DNA of 64,000 nucleotides from an uncultured Crocinitomix sp. (GCA_937136425.1 CAKZON010000083.1:120-64119); one strand, 5' to 3'; counted from the stretch's first letter, positions 47,134 to 57,886 are shown. Numbers and translations: made by a program. The notes: generated from the letters alone by a model not told the origin.

Positions 47134-48648
47134 TTATTCCGCGTCTAACTCCTGACGAATACGCTGGCTTAATTGACGATTATATGTCTCTTTTAACCAA
47201 TTTAAATAACTGTCAGTCGCTTTGGTAATACATTTTGTATAATGCTTTAATCTGCGCTCAATATCATCTTGCAACTCTTCTAACAGCATTAAGCCGTCAT
47301 ACATGTCCTCAGAATTTTCCGCCACAACTTCAAAGTGATTATCTAAAGAAATATCAACAGCTTCTTTTCCTTTTTTACCAGCATCAATACAATCGTCATA
47401 AACCTTTTTCATTGAAAACTCTTCCAATAAACCTGGAGACTTCAATTTATCTTTAAGGTTACGCGGCAATTCATATGCTGCTTCAAACATCATATCATCC
47501 TCTTCACTCAATCGCGCTTCTAAGAAACGATCTGGATAATTGAAGGCATCTTGCCAATCGATATATTCTTGCCAGTATCCAAAACGGCGAACGTTATTTC
47601 CAAGATCAATCACTTGGAAAGAGCTCTTATTCTCTAATTTACGAGAACCACGCCCAATCATTTGGTGATAAAGGGTTAATGAACGTGTTGCACGATTCAA
47701 AATAATTGTTTCAACCGTAGGCTCATCAAAACCAGTAGTTAAAATTCCGACAGACGTTAATACTGCACCCGGCGTTTCTTTAAACCACTTTAATATGTCT
47801 TTTCGTTCTGTATCACCAAACGTACTATCTAAGTGACGCACTTTATAGTTGTGCTTTTTAAATAGTTCATAAACAGATCGAGACGATTCAATTCCACTAT
47901 TAAAAATAAGTGTCTTTCTTTTTAGTGCAACTTCTTCATAAGCAAAAAGTAATTTTTCTTGCATGAAATAGTTACTGTACACTTTATCAGAAGAACTTAC
48001 TGTAAAATCTCCATTTACACCAATCTTTAAACCATGAAGGTTTACATCATAGGTATAGGTTTCAGCATTTGACAAATACTGCTTCTCAATTAAAGACTTA
48101 ATACTTTCTCCAACAATTAGCTTATCATAATTGTCTTTTAATGGTAATGTTTTATTAGAACTTAGCGGCGTTGCTGTAACTCCTAATATGTTAACATCTT
48201 GAAAGTATTGAAATATTTTACGGAATGAATTGTTGTGTGCCTCATCAACAATTACAAGCCCAATATTTTTTATAAACTCTTTATCGTCTTGCAAACGATT
48301 ATTTAAAGTTTCCACCATTGCGGTGAAAGAATCAAACTGAGACTGATCGTCTAAAGTCTTCACTAAACTATTCACTACTTTGTTCTCAATTCCTAATGCA
48401 GTAAGTTGCTTAGAAGTTTGAACACATAGCTCAATTCTGTGTGTAAGAATTAAAACTTTTCTTTTTGTCTTTTGAATATATTCTCTTGCAATATTTGAAA
48501 AGATAACCGTTTTACCTCCACCAGTAGGCAATTGAAAGAGTAAATTAAAGTTTTGACCCTCGTCTTTCAGCTCCTTAATTATCTGATTAACAATGTTTTT
48601 CTGGAACGGATAGAGTTCTTTTTTCTTGAAGAGGCTTTTGTCAATCAT
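47134..48648 (-). CDS. SF2 DEAD/DEAH-box helicase family protein with C-terminal extension
   Basis: Motif I LPTGGGKT, motif II VDEAH, motif III VTATP, motif VI HQMIGRGSR. Start is taken at MIDKSLFKKKELYPFQ. Confidence 0.8.
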   Translation of the reverse strand: MIDKSLFKKKELYPFQKNIVNQIIKELKDEGQNFNLLFQLPTGGGKTVIFSNIAREYIQKTKRKVLILTHRIELCVQTSKQLTALGIENKVVNSLVKTLDDQSQFDSFTAMVETLNNRLQDDKEFIKNIGLVIVDEAHNNSFRKIFQYFQDVNILGVTATPLSSNKTLPLKDNYDKLIVGESIKSLIEKQYLSNAETYTYDVNLHGLKIGVNGDFTVSSSDKVYSNYFMQEKLLFAYEEVALKRKTLIFNSGIESSRSVYELFKKHNYKVRHLDSTFGDTERKDILKWFKETPGAVLTSVGILTTGFDEPTVETIILNRATRSLTLYHQMIGRGSRKLENKSSFQVIDLGNNVRRFGYWQEYIDWQDAFNYPDRFLEARLSEEDDMMFEAAYELPRNLKDKLKSPGLLEEFSMKKVYDDCIDAGKKGKEAVDISLDNHFEVVAENSEDMYDGLMLLEELQDDIERRLKHYTKCITKATDSYLNWLKETYNRQLSQRIRQELDAE

Positions 48649-48829
48649 ATCAATTTTGTGGCATTTTGAGCGGTGCAAAAATAGCACCTTTTAATTGAAA
48701 ATAAAAATTCTGAGGCATCTATTATTGAAATGCCAAGAAATAATGATTTTTCAAGTTTCATGCCAATTGTATCTAAAAAAAATTGAATCGTATTATCTTT
48801 GTTCTTTTAGAAACGACAAACGAATTAAA

Positions 48830-49777
48830 ATGAGCGAAATAGAAAGAGTAAAATGTTTGATTATTGGATCTGGTCCTGCTGGTTATACAGCTGCAATTTA
48901 TGCTGCTAGAGCTAATATGGCACCAGTTTTATATCAAGGATTACAACCTGGAGGTCAATTAACTACTACTAATGAAGTAGAAAACTTCCCTGGGTATCCC
49001 GAAGGAATTACTGGTCCTGACATGATGATTGAGCTTCAAAAACAAGCAGAACGTTTTGATGCAGATATTAGAAGTGGTTGGGTTTCAAAAGTTGATTTTA
49101 CAGGTCCTGTTCATAAGGTTTGGGTTGATGAGAAAACGGAAATTCATGCTGACACTATTGTTATTTCGACGGGGGCCTCTGCAAAATACTTAGGTTTAGA
49201 ATCAGAACAACATTATTTAAAAATTGGTGGAGGTGTATCTGCTTGTGCTGTTTGTGACGGTTTCTTTTACAGAGGTCAGGAAACAATTATTGTTGGTGCT
49301 GGAGACTCTGCATGTGAGGAAGCTCACTACCTTTCTAAACTTTGTACGAAAGTAACTATGCTTGTTCGTAGAGATGAGTTTAGAGCGTCAAAAATTATGG
49401 CGAACAGAGTAAAAAACACTGAAAACATTGAAATTTTATTCAATACTGAGACCGTAGAAGTTTTAGGAGATGGCAACGGTGTAACTGGAGCTAAAGTAAA
49501 AAACAATGTTACTGGTGAAGAGTCTGAAGTTCCTGCAACTGGATTTTTTGTTGCAATTGGACACAAACCAAATACAGACATCTTTAAAGGATGGATTGAC
49601 TTAGATGAAACTGGTTATATCATTAACGAGCCAGGAACTTCTAAAACAAATGTAGAAGGTGTATTTGTATCAGGAGATGCTGCAGATCATGTTTACCGCC
49701 AAGCAGTAACTGCTGCGGGGACAGGTTGTATGGCTGCTCTTGATGCTGAAAGATACTTGGCTGCAAAAGAAGGTTAA
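48830..49777 (+). CDS. trxB: thioredoxin-disulfide reductase
   Basis: GSGPAGYTAAIYAARA FAD motif, redox centre CAVCDG, NADPH motif GAGDSACEEA. Start at MSEIERVKCLIIG. Confidence 0.93.
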   Translation: MSEIERVKCLIIGSGPAGYTAAIYAARANMAPVLYQGLQPGGQLTTTNEVENFPGYPEGITGPDMMIELQKQAERFDADIRSGWVSKVDFTGPVHKVWVDEKTEIHADTIVISTGASAKYLGLESEQHYLKIGGGVSACAVCDGFFYRGQETIIVGAGDSACEEAHYLSKLCTKVTMLVRRDEFRASKIMANRVKNTENIEILFNTETVEVLGDGNGVTGAKVKNNVTGEESEVPATGFFVAIGHKPNTDIFKGWIDLDETGYIINEPGTSKTNVEGVFVSGDAADHVYRQAVTAAGTGCMAALDAERYLAAKEG

Positions 49778-49820
49778 AAAAAATAGACTTGCTTATCGTA
49801 AGTCTTATAATAAATTTAAA

Positions 49821-49857
49821 AGAGGCTGTTAGAAATTTCTAACAGCCTCTTTTTTTA
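49821..49857 (+). terminator. rho-independent terminator after trxB (palindromic, may act for both convergent genes)
   Basis: AGAGGCTGTTAGAAA/TTTCTAACAGCCTCT perfect palindrome followed by T7. Confidence 0.75.
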
Positions 49858-49886
49858 TAATTACTAATTTTGTTTTATTCCGTCTT

Positions 49887-52256
49887 TTATTTTATTAGTG
49901 TTGTATTTCCTTTCTGCATTCCACTCTTACCGTCAACCAATTCATACTGCAATAACCAATGAAATACTCCTGAGTTTTGCTCTTTTCCCATAAAAGAACC
50001 GTTCCATCCAATATTTTGTTCGGTTGTTTCAAACATTAATTCTCCATAACGATTATACACTGCAAAATACATTTGTTTGATTCCAAAGCCTTGCACAAAT
50101 AGCACATCATTGTTTCCATCATTATTAGGAGAAAACGCCGTTGCAACTCCTACTCCTTCAATAAAATTAACAAGTACAACAACAGAATCTGAAGAAGAAC
50201 ATCCGTTAGCTGATGTATGCACTACAGTATAAGTTTGATTTTCACTTGGATTTGCAGTAGTTATTGAGCAATCATCACAAATTACGTTATCATCAGGTGA
50301 CCAAATATAACTTCCATTAACATCACCTCCGTTGGCTATTAAGTTCGCAGCTCCTCCAAGATCAACAATTGTATCCTGCACGGCATTTACAGTTGGAGCA
50401 TCAAACACAGTAATAAGATTATTATAGATAGATTCATCTCCTGCTGCATTGGTAACTGTTAATGATACATTCACTTCTCCAGCAGTTTCAAAACAAAAAG
50501 TAGGGTTTTGATCCTCAGAAATATCCAATCCTCCAAAATCCCAAGCCCAAGTTACAGGCTCACCAATTGATCGATCAACAAATGTAATACAGTCTCCTAC
50601 ACAAATCTCTTCAGGCGATTCAAATTCAGCTATAACTGGTTCACAAGTCACCACATTAATTGTTATTTCTGCCTCACCAAAACAGCCAAAATTGTCTTCA
50701 CCAATTACAACGTAAGTTTCTGTAAAAAGCGGATTAAAAGCAACGCCATCTACCACTCCGCCAGACCATAAATACGTCAATGCACCACCTCCAGAAAGGG
50801 TAACTTCATCTCCATCACAAATTTCTGTTCCAGGATCAGCAGTAATTGTAACCGCAGGTAATTCTCTAACATTTATAGTAATCGTTGTGTCATCCACCGC
50901 TACTCCATTGGTTATGGTTAAGGTAACCAATTGCTCACCAGGATTATCAAAACAAACCAACCCTGTTTCTTCTCCGATAATTGGTCCGCCAATTGTTGGA
51001 TCACTAAACGTCCAAGCATATTCTATAATTCCAACTCCAACAGATGCATCTTCAAAATTTAAACAATCTCCAACACAAATATCAAAATCTGTTGGGGTAA
51101 AAACAGCTTCAATTTCATCACAATCTTCTAATACTGTTATGGTAAAGGTAGTGTCATGCATTCCTGTAGCATCTTCAACCTCTAAAGTAATATCATAAAC
51201 ACCTGCTGTATTAAATGTAATATCATGCGGTCCCTCTGTTGCTGCAACGGCTGGTAGACCTCCATCAAATGTCCAATTCCAGGCTGTAACACCATCTTCA
51301 CTTAAACTAGCATCTGTGAACGTTACAATATCATCTAAACAAACAACAGTATTTTCAGGTGTAAACAATGCAGTTAAAGGAGTAGTACAATCTTCTACAG
51401 TAATTGCAAAAGTAGTATCATGTGTTCCTGTGGCATCCGTTACCTCTAATGTTACATCATACACTCCAGGTGTATCATAAAGCACATTATGGGGTCCCTC
51501 TGTAGCTGCCGCCGCTGGTAACCCTCCGTCAAACGTCCAGTTCCACGCTGTAACTCCATCCTCACTGATACTAACATCCGTAAATGTAATTTCTTCATCA
51601 CTACAAATTGTTTCTTCTTCAGGTGTAAACAGAGCAGTTAAATCAATTGGACCGTCAGCAATTAGATTCACATCATAATCAACCGCTTGTCCATATGAAT
51701 ACTCTGTATCATCCATGGTTGTTCCTGCATTACACGGCGCTGCATGATCACCAGGACCTGGAGGTGGTGCCCCCCAATCAAAAGGAATCAAATGTGAACG
51801 AACTACTCTCATTCGAGTAATACCAGGAGTGGCGATAAGTGGAACAGTAACGTTTCCTACACGCGTTTCATCTGTTCCAGCAAAGCAAGGCAAAAATCCT
51901 CCACCTGTATCCCAATTATTCATTAAGTCTTCATCTTCTGTAAAGATATTATCATGGTTAAAGTCAATATAAACACCAAATAATTGAGGTTCGCCATCAA
52001 TAGCATCTCCAAACGTTATTGACATTGGTGTTGCTGCACCAATAACAATGTCGGGAACAACCTCTTCATTATAGTAATTATACATTGTTGTTGCCCAATC
52101 ATAAGCAGGATCATGATCCAAAGCTCCAATTTGTACATTATTAATTGGTGCTGCACCCCAAGCGTTGAATACGCAATAAGGACTTGGATCCGCTATTTGA
52201 GAATATAGCCCACTAGAAATTAGGAATAATAAGGTGAGTAAAGAAAAAATTTTCAT
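49887..52256 (-). CDS. GEVED-like N-domain / multi-PKD protein with type-B T9SS C-terminal domain
   Basis: Signal peptide. N-domain with FGVYIDFNHDNIFTEDEDL. At least four PKD-like units (WNWTFDGG, WAWDFGG). C-terminus FSPNNDGNNDVLFVQG...YNRYGELMF...GVFHWLL...GNTTLIK. Confidence 0.85.
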   Translation of the reverse strand: MKIFSLLTLLFLISSGLYSQIADPSPYCVFNAWGAAPINNVQIGALDHDPAYDWATTMYNYYNEEVVPDIVIGAATPMSITFGDAIDGEPQLFGVYIDFNHDNIFTEDEDLMNNWDTGGGFLPCFAGTDETRVGNVTVPLIATPGITRMRVVRSHLIPFDWGAPPPGPGDHAAPCNAGTTMDDTEYSYGQAVDYDVNLIADGPIDLTALFTPEEETICSDEEITFTDVSISEDGVTAWNWTFDGGLPAAAATEGPHNVLYDTPGVYDVTLEVTDATGTHDTTFAITVEDCTTPLTALFTPENTVVCLDDIVTFTDASLSEDGVTAWNWTFDGGLPAVAATEGPHDITFNTAGVYDITLEVEDATGMHDTTFTITVLEDCDEIEAVFTPTDFDICVGDCLNFEDASVGVGIIEYAWTFSDPTIGGPIIGEETGLVCFDNPGEQLVTLTITNGVAVDDTTITINVRELPAVTITADPGTEICDGDEVTLSGGGALTYLWSGGVVDGVAFNPLFTETYVVIGEDNFGCFGEAEITINVVTCEPVIAEFESPEEICVGDCITFVDRSIGEPVTWAWDFGGLDISEDQNPTFCFETAGEVNVSLTVTNAAGDESIYNNLITVFDAPTVNAVQDTIVDLGGAANLIANGGDVNGSYIWSPDDNVICDDCSITTANPSENQTYTVVHTSANGCSSSDSVVVLVNFIEGVGVATAFSPNNDGNNDVLFVQGFGIKQMYFAVYNRYGELMFETTEQNIGWNGSFMGKEQNSGVFHWLLQYELVDGKSGMQKGNTTLIK

Positions 52257-52423
52257 TCGTAGTTTTTTTTATTTCTTGGAAGACGCAGGCGTTGCCATTT
52301 GGTAGATGTTTTGGCACTCTACAAAGGCTCTACTATAGAAAAAAAACTTCTACTCACAGCAGTTAAACTCTGGTTATCAATGAAGTAAAAAACACGCTTA
52401 AAAAAACAAACAATGGCTATAAA

Positions 52424-52460
52424 ACAAAAAACACTCGCAATTACGCGAATGTTTTTTTTA
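52424..52460. terminator. bidirectional terminator downstream of LOG gene
   Basis: A-run - CACTCGC..GCGAATG imperfect stem - T8. Confidence 0.5.
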
Positions 52461-52479
52461 ATTATGATTAAAATTATAC

Positions 52480-53151
52480 TTAGAAGTTCGGGCGTAAAGG
52501 ATGACTTTCGTAAAAATCATTAATATATTTTACCGCTTCTTCAGGATCATCTGTCATTCTTAACAGATCCATGTCTTTTAACGAAATATTACCTTCCATA
52601 TTTAACATAGCCTCTTCAATCCAACCTACCATTCCTTTCCAATATTCTGTACCGAAAAGCACTACTGGTTTCATGTCAATTTTTTTGGTTTGCATTAGCG
52701 TAAGTGCTTCAAACAGCTCATCTAACGTTCCAAAACCTCCAGGAAAAGTAATAAAACCCTGTGTGTATTTTACAAACATTACTTTGCGCACAAAGAAATA
52801 GTCAAAATCTACCGGATGATTGACATATTGATTACATGATTGCTCAAATGGTAATACAATGTTTAATCCTACTGATTTTCCTTTTCCTTCTACTGCTCCT
52901 TTATTTCCTGCTTCCATTATCCCTGGTCCTCCACCGGTAATTACACCATATCCTGACTCAACTAATAAACGTGACGTTTCTACTGCTTTTTCATAATATG
53001 GATTATCTGGCTTTGTTCTTGCTGATCCGAAAACTGAAACACACGGCCCTATTCTCGCCATTTTCTCATACCCCTCTACAAATTCCGACATTATTTTAAA
53101 TATCGCCCAACTATCATTGGTCCTTATCTCATTCCAATCCTTTTCTGTCAT
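52480..53151 (-). CDS. LOG family protein (TIGR00730 Rossmann fold, nucleotide phosphoribohydrolase)
   Basis: GGGPGIMEAGNKGA and PGGFGTLDELFE motifs. Confidence 0.85.
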   Translation of the reverse strand: MTEKDWNEIRTNDSWAIFKIMSEFVEGYEKMARIGPCVSVFGSARTKPDNPYYEKAVETSRLLVESGYGVITGGGPGIMEAGNKGAVEGKGKSVGLNIVLPFEQSCNQYVNHPVDFDYFFVRKVMFVKYTQGFITFPGGFGTLDELFEALTLMQTKKIDMKPVVLFGTEYWKGMVGWIEEAMLNMEGNISLKDMDLLRMTDDPEEAVKYINDFYESHPLRPNF

Positions 53152-53342
53152 ATCTAATTCTGATTATTTTAAATTTCGATCTCTTAATATAAACATTCTA
53201 ACATAATTTGCAGCGTTCTATTCACCCAATTAATCGTTTAAATCTAAAAATTCGTTAAATAATATAATTTACGTGAAGTGATAGGAAATATTGTGCCAGT
53301 TCAATCGTCTACTATAAAAACAAGAATATCTAATTGACGATA

Positions 53343-53555
53343 ATGAAAACATTAACATTTACAACAACGATAAAGAAAGAGAAGGATGCATTGAATATTT
53401 CTAATCTTCTTAAGAATTATTTTAGTCTTAAATCAGCTAGTATTGACTGGACGAACAAAGGCAATCTATTAAAAATAGAGGGTAAAAACTTACTTCCTAA
53501 AAAAGTAGAACAAACTTTACTTTTATTTGGATATAAATGTAAACAGTTATTATAA
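53343..53555 (+). CDS. small hypothetical protein (ferredoxin-like/HMA-like fold suspected, no CxxC)
   Basis: 70-aa ORF starting at the ATG (MKTLTFTTTIKKEKDALNISNLL...). It has the beta-alpha-beta-beta-alpha-beta length and pattern, but no metal-binding cysteines at the usual site. Confidence 0.35.
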   Translation: MKTLTFTTTIKKEKDALNISNLLKNYFSLKSASIDWTNKGNLLKIEGKNLLPKKVEQTLLLFGYKCKQLL

Positions 53556-53618
53556 ATGCAGCCCCACTTTAACAATGGAGCTGCAATATAAATAATAGAA
53601 TAAATTAGAATATAAAGG

Positions 53619-53870
53619 TTAGCCTTGCTTCTTTTTATCCTTCTTAGAATTTTTAATACTATCTAATTTTTCTTGATCAGGGTTTCCATGAATTATAGGG
53701 TTACCGCTATCTGGCAATGGTAAATCAATTACCAATGAATCAGTAATAGTTAATGAGCTATCACTTAAAACAACAGTTGAATCCTGATCATTATTAGTTT
53801 GCACTGAATCTTCGCTTGTACCACAAGCTATCAGTAAAAAAGGAATACTAACGTATAATAATCTTTTCAT
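53619..53870 (-). CDS. small lipoprotein, Lys-rich C-terminus
   Basis: MKRLLYVSIPFLLIACG lipobox. It overlaps the upstream gene end by 23 nt, so the two are likely co-transcribed. Confidence 0.5.
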   Translation of the reverse strand: MKRLLYVSIPFLLIACGTSEDSVQTNNDQDSTVVLSDSSLTITDSLVIDLPLPDSGNPIIHGNPDQEKLDSIKNSKKDKKKQG

Positions 53871-55716
53871 TTGCTATTTGTTTTTCGTCTGATAGAATTT
53901 GTACAAAATATGTTCCGCTTGCCAAGTTTGCTTTATTAAAAGCAAATTTGTTCTCGCCTACAAAGGCAGTTCCTGAATAAAGGTTTTTCACTAACCTTCC
54001 GTCTAATCCAATAATTTTAACCTCTACTGGTGTATCTTCAGTAACATCAAAGTTTAAAACAAAAGTTTCAACTACTGGATTTGGTGCAATCGTCAAATTT
54101 TCTTCTGTAGAATTTTCGTCAATACCGACAGCATAATCCGCATGAATTTCTGCAATCCAAGTATTCCAACGGTGTGGAGCAGTTCCATACATTCCGTTAA
54201 TCCAAACAGAAGGTTCAGCAGCATTATGTCTTCTTGTTGTTCCAGTATAATCACCCCAACGCTCAACAGAAGGAGAAGTAAAACAAGCATAAGAAACACT
54301 TTCTTTAATCAGTGTTGTTTCAGACCAATCTCCGGCATCATTTACGTGCACGGCTCTAACTTCAGGATAAACAGAAGAACTTACACTTCCGAAACTAATT
54401 AATGCTGAACGATCATCAGGAGAGAAACCAAACCATGCAATTGAGGGATAAGAATAATCCATATTACCTGCGTCACCGAATTTATCAGACTCATTTGAAA
54501 GAGCTGATACATTTAAACGGTTATAGTTAATCCCATTCCATCCAGAACCTACATCAGATTGAAAAACAAAATGAATGATTCCGTTCATATAAAAACCACT
54601 TAAGCATCTACAATCGCCATTATCTAACTGGCAAGAAGTACCTAATTGTGCCGCATCTGCCGCAACATCATAATACGCTGTAGAAACTGAATAATAATCC
54701 ATTGTTGGGCTACCTGCAATGGCATCTGTAATATCATATAACTTAATAGTATTTCCTGAAAAAGGATTACTCGCTACCATATAAATTCCTGGTCCGTAAT
54801 TAGCATTTGAACCAGAAGAAACTGGCAATAAAGTAAAAGGATCTGCAGATAAGTCAAACCAATACTGCCAAGTCAATGAAGCACCATCATATCCATCAAA
54901 CTTTTCTATTTGATAAACAACTGATTGATTAAAACCACCAGCATTGTAAAATAAGTTTCCAGAAATAAACAATTCAGTATCTGATATCGCCAATTTAGGA
55001 TAATCAAACCAGCTATTATCTCCTAACGGGTTTCCTGTAATTTTATAATAATTCCATCCGTCAGAAGGATCATTAGTCTCTGAAAACATAATTAACAGAT
55101 TCGAATTTGAAGAGTGTCCAGAACATTCTTGTGCAAAAAAGATAAAACGATCTTCTTCGGGATCATAATGCACAACGGGATCACAAACGTAAGCAATTGA
55201 TGGATCATCAATAAAATCTGCAATTGAATTTGAATATGTTGTTGCTCCAGCAGTAGTTTTATACTGTATTGTAGTGTTTGCTACACTTACAATAAATCCA
55301 CCATCAGAAATTGCAATAGAGTTATCCATTGGCGAACTTCCATTATTAGGGTTTCCTGCAAACTCTTCTCCCACAACCGGAGTTGATCCTGTAAGAATCA
55401 CTTCATCTTCCTCTCCTACAATACCGGCAAATTCTGTCTTAAGTTCTAATTTTGCAGCCTTAGCAGCTCTTATTTCTTCCTCTCCTGGTAGTTCATGACT
55501 AACTCGGTTAGCTTTGCTTGTTAAAGTAGGTGTCCAATCTAAATCACCAGATGGAGTTTGTTTTTTTGATGTAAGCTCTGTCTGAAATATTTCTGATTTT
55601 TGAGCTTCTCCAAGTTTTTGCGATTTATCAATAATAGCCTTTCCAGATTGTGCAAAAGACACACTTTGTCCTATTACAACAAAAGCTAACGCAATCGTAA
55701 GTAAATTTTTTTTCAT
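53848..55716 (-). CDS. secreted hypothetical protein with type-A T9SS C-terminal sorting domain
   Basis: Start at MKKNLLTIALAFVVIGQSVSFAQ. C-terminus IAPNPVVETFVLNF...GTYFVQILSDEKQIANEKIIIR. The central region is not assigned to a family. Confidence 0.75.
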   Translation of the reverse strand: MKKNLLTIALAFVVIGQSVSFAQSGKAIIDKSQKLGEAQKSEIFQTELTSKKQTPSGDLDWTPTLTSKANRVSHELPGEEEIRAAKAAKLELKTEFAGIVGEEDEVILTGSTPVVGEEFAGNPNNGSSPMDNSIAISDGGFIVSVANTTIQYKTTAGATTYSNSIADFIDDPSIAYVCDPVVHYDPEEDRFIFFAQECSGHSSNSNLLIMFSETNDPSDGWNYYKITGNPLGDNSWFDYPKLAISDTELFISGNLFYNAGGFNQSVVYQIEKFDGYDGASLTWQYWFDLSADPFTLLPVSSGSNANYGPGIYMVASNPFSGNTIKLYDITDAIAGSPTMDYYSVSTAYYDVAADAAQLGTSCQLDNGDCRCLSGFYMNGIIHFVFQSDVGSGWNGINYNRLNVSALSNESDKFGDAGNMDYSYPSIAWFGFSPDDRSALISFGSVSSSVYPEVRAVHVNDAGDWSETTLIKESVSYACFTSPSVERWGDYTGTTRRHNAAEPSVWINGMYGTAPHRWNTWIAEIHADYAVGIDENSTEENLTIAPNPVVETFVLNFDVTEDTPVEVKIIGLDGRLVKNLYSGTAFVGENKFAFNKANLASGTYFVQILSDEKQIANEKIIIR

Positions 55717-55843
55717 GTTATAGTTATTCAAGTTTAAATCTATTGGTTATCAAATTTAAGTAGTTTTTTATGCATTCACTCCGATTAATGATTTTTTTTC
55801 AAAGAGTAATTCATATTTTTACACTTTGAAAAGACAATATTTT

Positions 55844-57886
55844 ATGCAAAATCCTCTCCACTCACCATACTCTGGAACTCTAAATACAATTCCTTTTGAT
55901 TCAATACAAATAGAGCATTATAAGCCCGCAATTGTAGAAGCAATTGAAATGGCTAAAGCTGAAATTGAAAAAATCAAAAACAATAAAGAAGAGGCTAATT
56001 TTGAAAACACCATAGCAGCTTATGAACGTAGTGGTGAATTATTAGGACAAATTTCAAGTATATTTTTTAATCTTAATAGTTCTAAAACGAATGATGAGAT
56101 GCAAAAATTAGCACAGGAATTATCTCCTTTATTAACTGCATACTCTAGCGAAATTCAGTTAGACGAAACTTTATTTGCACGCATTAAAGCAGCATACGAT
56201 AATATTGACAAAGCTGCCATTGATGCTGAAAGTGCTTATTTATTGGAAAAAATTTACAAAAGTTTTGTTCGGAACGGTGCTAATTTAAACGAGGCGGATA
56301 AATCTAATTTAAAATCAATCAACTCAAGATTGTCTCAGTTGAGCTTAACGTTTAGTGAGAATGTTTTAAAAGACAGCAACGACTATGAGTTATGGATCAG
56401 TGATGAAAATGATTTAACAGGACTTCCGGATGGCGCTAAAGAAGCTGCAAAACTAATGGCAAAAGCTAAAGGAGAAGAAAATAAATGGTTGGTTAATTTA
56501 GACTATCCTTCTTATTTACCGTTCATGAAATACGCTGAGAATAGAGCGTTAAGAGAGGAGCTTTTTATGGCATTTGGAACAAGAGGATGCAAGGATAATG
56601 ATTTTAACAATGAAGGTACGCTTAAAGAAATTGCAAAGTTAAGACATGAAAAAAGTCAACTTTTAGGTTATAAATCGCATGCTGATTTTGTTTTAGAAGA
56701 ACGCATGGCAAAATCACCTGACAATGTTTACAAACTTTGGGATGAACTTTTAAACAAAGCCTTTCCTTTAGCAGAAAAAGAGATTGCAGAAGTTCAGGCT
56801 ATTGCTGATAAAATGAATGGCCCAAATCCAATGCAACGTTGGGATTTTAGTTATTATGCAGAAAAATTGAAAAACGAAAAATTTGCATTAAACGACGAAC
56901 TATTAAAACCTTATTTTAAGCTAGAGAATGTAATTTCAGGAGCTTTTCAAACCGCCGAGAAACTATTTCACCTTACGTTTAAAGAAAGAACAGACCTTGA
57001 AAAATATCACGAAGATGTTAAAACATATGAAGTTCTTAATGCAAACGGCGACCATATAGCGGTGCTTTATGCTGATTTCTTTCCAAGAGCTAGTAAGCGT
57101 AACGGTGCCTGGATGACTTCTTATAGAGGGCAAAATAAATACGATAATAAAAATCAACGTCCAATTACTTCTATCGTTTGTAATTTTACTAAACCAACAG
57201 AATCTAAGCCATCATTACTTACATTTGGTGAAGTTACTACCCTATTTCATGAATTTGGACATGCATTACATGGCATGTTGGCTAATGGACATTATGAAAG
57301 TTTGAGCGGTACATCTGTATTTTGGGATTTTGTTGAATTACCGTCTCAATTAATGGAGAATTGGTGTTACGAACCAGAGTGTTTGGCTTTATTCGCTAAC
57401 CACTATGAAACAGGTGAAACAATTCCTCAAGATTTGGTTCAAAAAATAAAGGACAGCATGAACTTTTTAAGTGCATATCAAACGGTTCGTCAAGTATCGT
57501 TAGGACAGTTGGATATGGCATGGCATAATTTAAGTGCACCTTTAGCCGAAAACACAAATGTGTACACTGTTGAAAAAGAATCAGGCGCTAAGACAGAGCT
57601 TTTCCCAGCGGTTGAAGGAATAGCAACATCATGTGCATTTTCTCATATTTTTAGTGGTGGATATTCTGCTGGATATTACAGCTATAAATGGGCAGAAGTG
57701 TTAGAAGCAGATGCTTTTGAATACTTTAAAGAAAATGGCATTTTTGATGCGAAAACGGCACAGCGTTTTAACGACCATATTTTATCAAAGGGAGGTTCAA
57801 GCGATCCAATGGAACTTTATGTAGCGTTTAGAGGCCAGGAACCATCAACAGATGCTTTGCTGCGTAAAAGTGGCCTTATGAGCTAA
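55844..57886 (+). CDS. dcp: M3 family metallopeptidase (peptidyl-dipeptidase Dcp / oligopeptidase A-like)
   Basis: Zinc motif TLFHEFGHALHG with a downstream E. Overall length about 680 aa. First ATG at 55844. Confidence 0.85.
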   Translation: MQNPLHSPYSGTLNTIPFDSIQIEHYKPAIVEAIEMAKAEIEKIKNNKEEANFENTIAAYERSGELLGQISSIFFNLNSSKTNDEMQKLAQELSPLLTAYSSEIQLDETLFARIKAAYDNIDKAAIDAESAYLLEKIYKSFVRNGANLNEADKSNLKSINSRLSQLSLTFSENVLKDSNDYELWISDENDLTGLPDGAKEAAKLMAKAKGEENKWLVNLDYPSYLPFMKYAENRALREELFMAFGTRGCKDNDFNNEGTLKEIAKLRHEKSQLLGYKSHADFVLEERMAKSPDNVYKLWDELLNKAFPLAEKEIAEVQAIADKMNGPNPMQRWDFSYYAEKLKNEKFALNDELLKPYFKLENVISGAFQTAEKLFHLTFKERTDLEKYHEDVKTYEVLNANGDHIAVLYADFFPRASKRNGAWMTSYRGQNKYDNKNQRPITSIVCNFTKPTESKPSLLTFGEVTTLFHEFGHALHGMLANGHYESLSGTSVFWDFVELPSQLMENWCYEPECLALFANHYETGETIPQDLVQKIKDSMNFLSAYQTVRQVSLGQLDMAWHNLSAPLAENTNVYTVEKESGAKTELFPAVEGIATSCAFSHIFSGGYSAGYYSYKWAEVLEADAFEYFKENGIFDAKTAQRFNDHILSKGGSSDPMELYVAFRGQEPSTDALLRKSGLMS

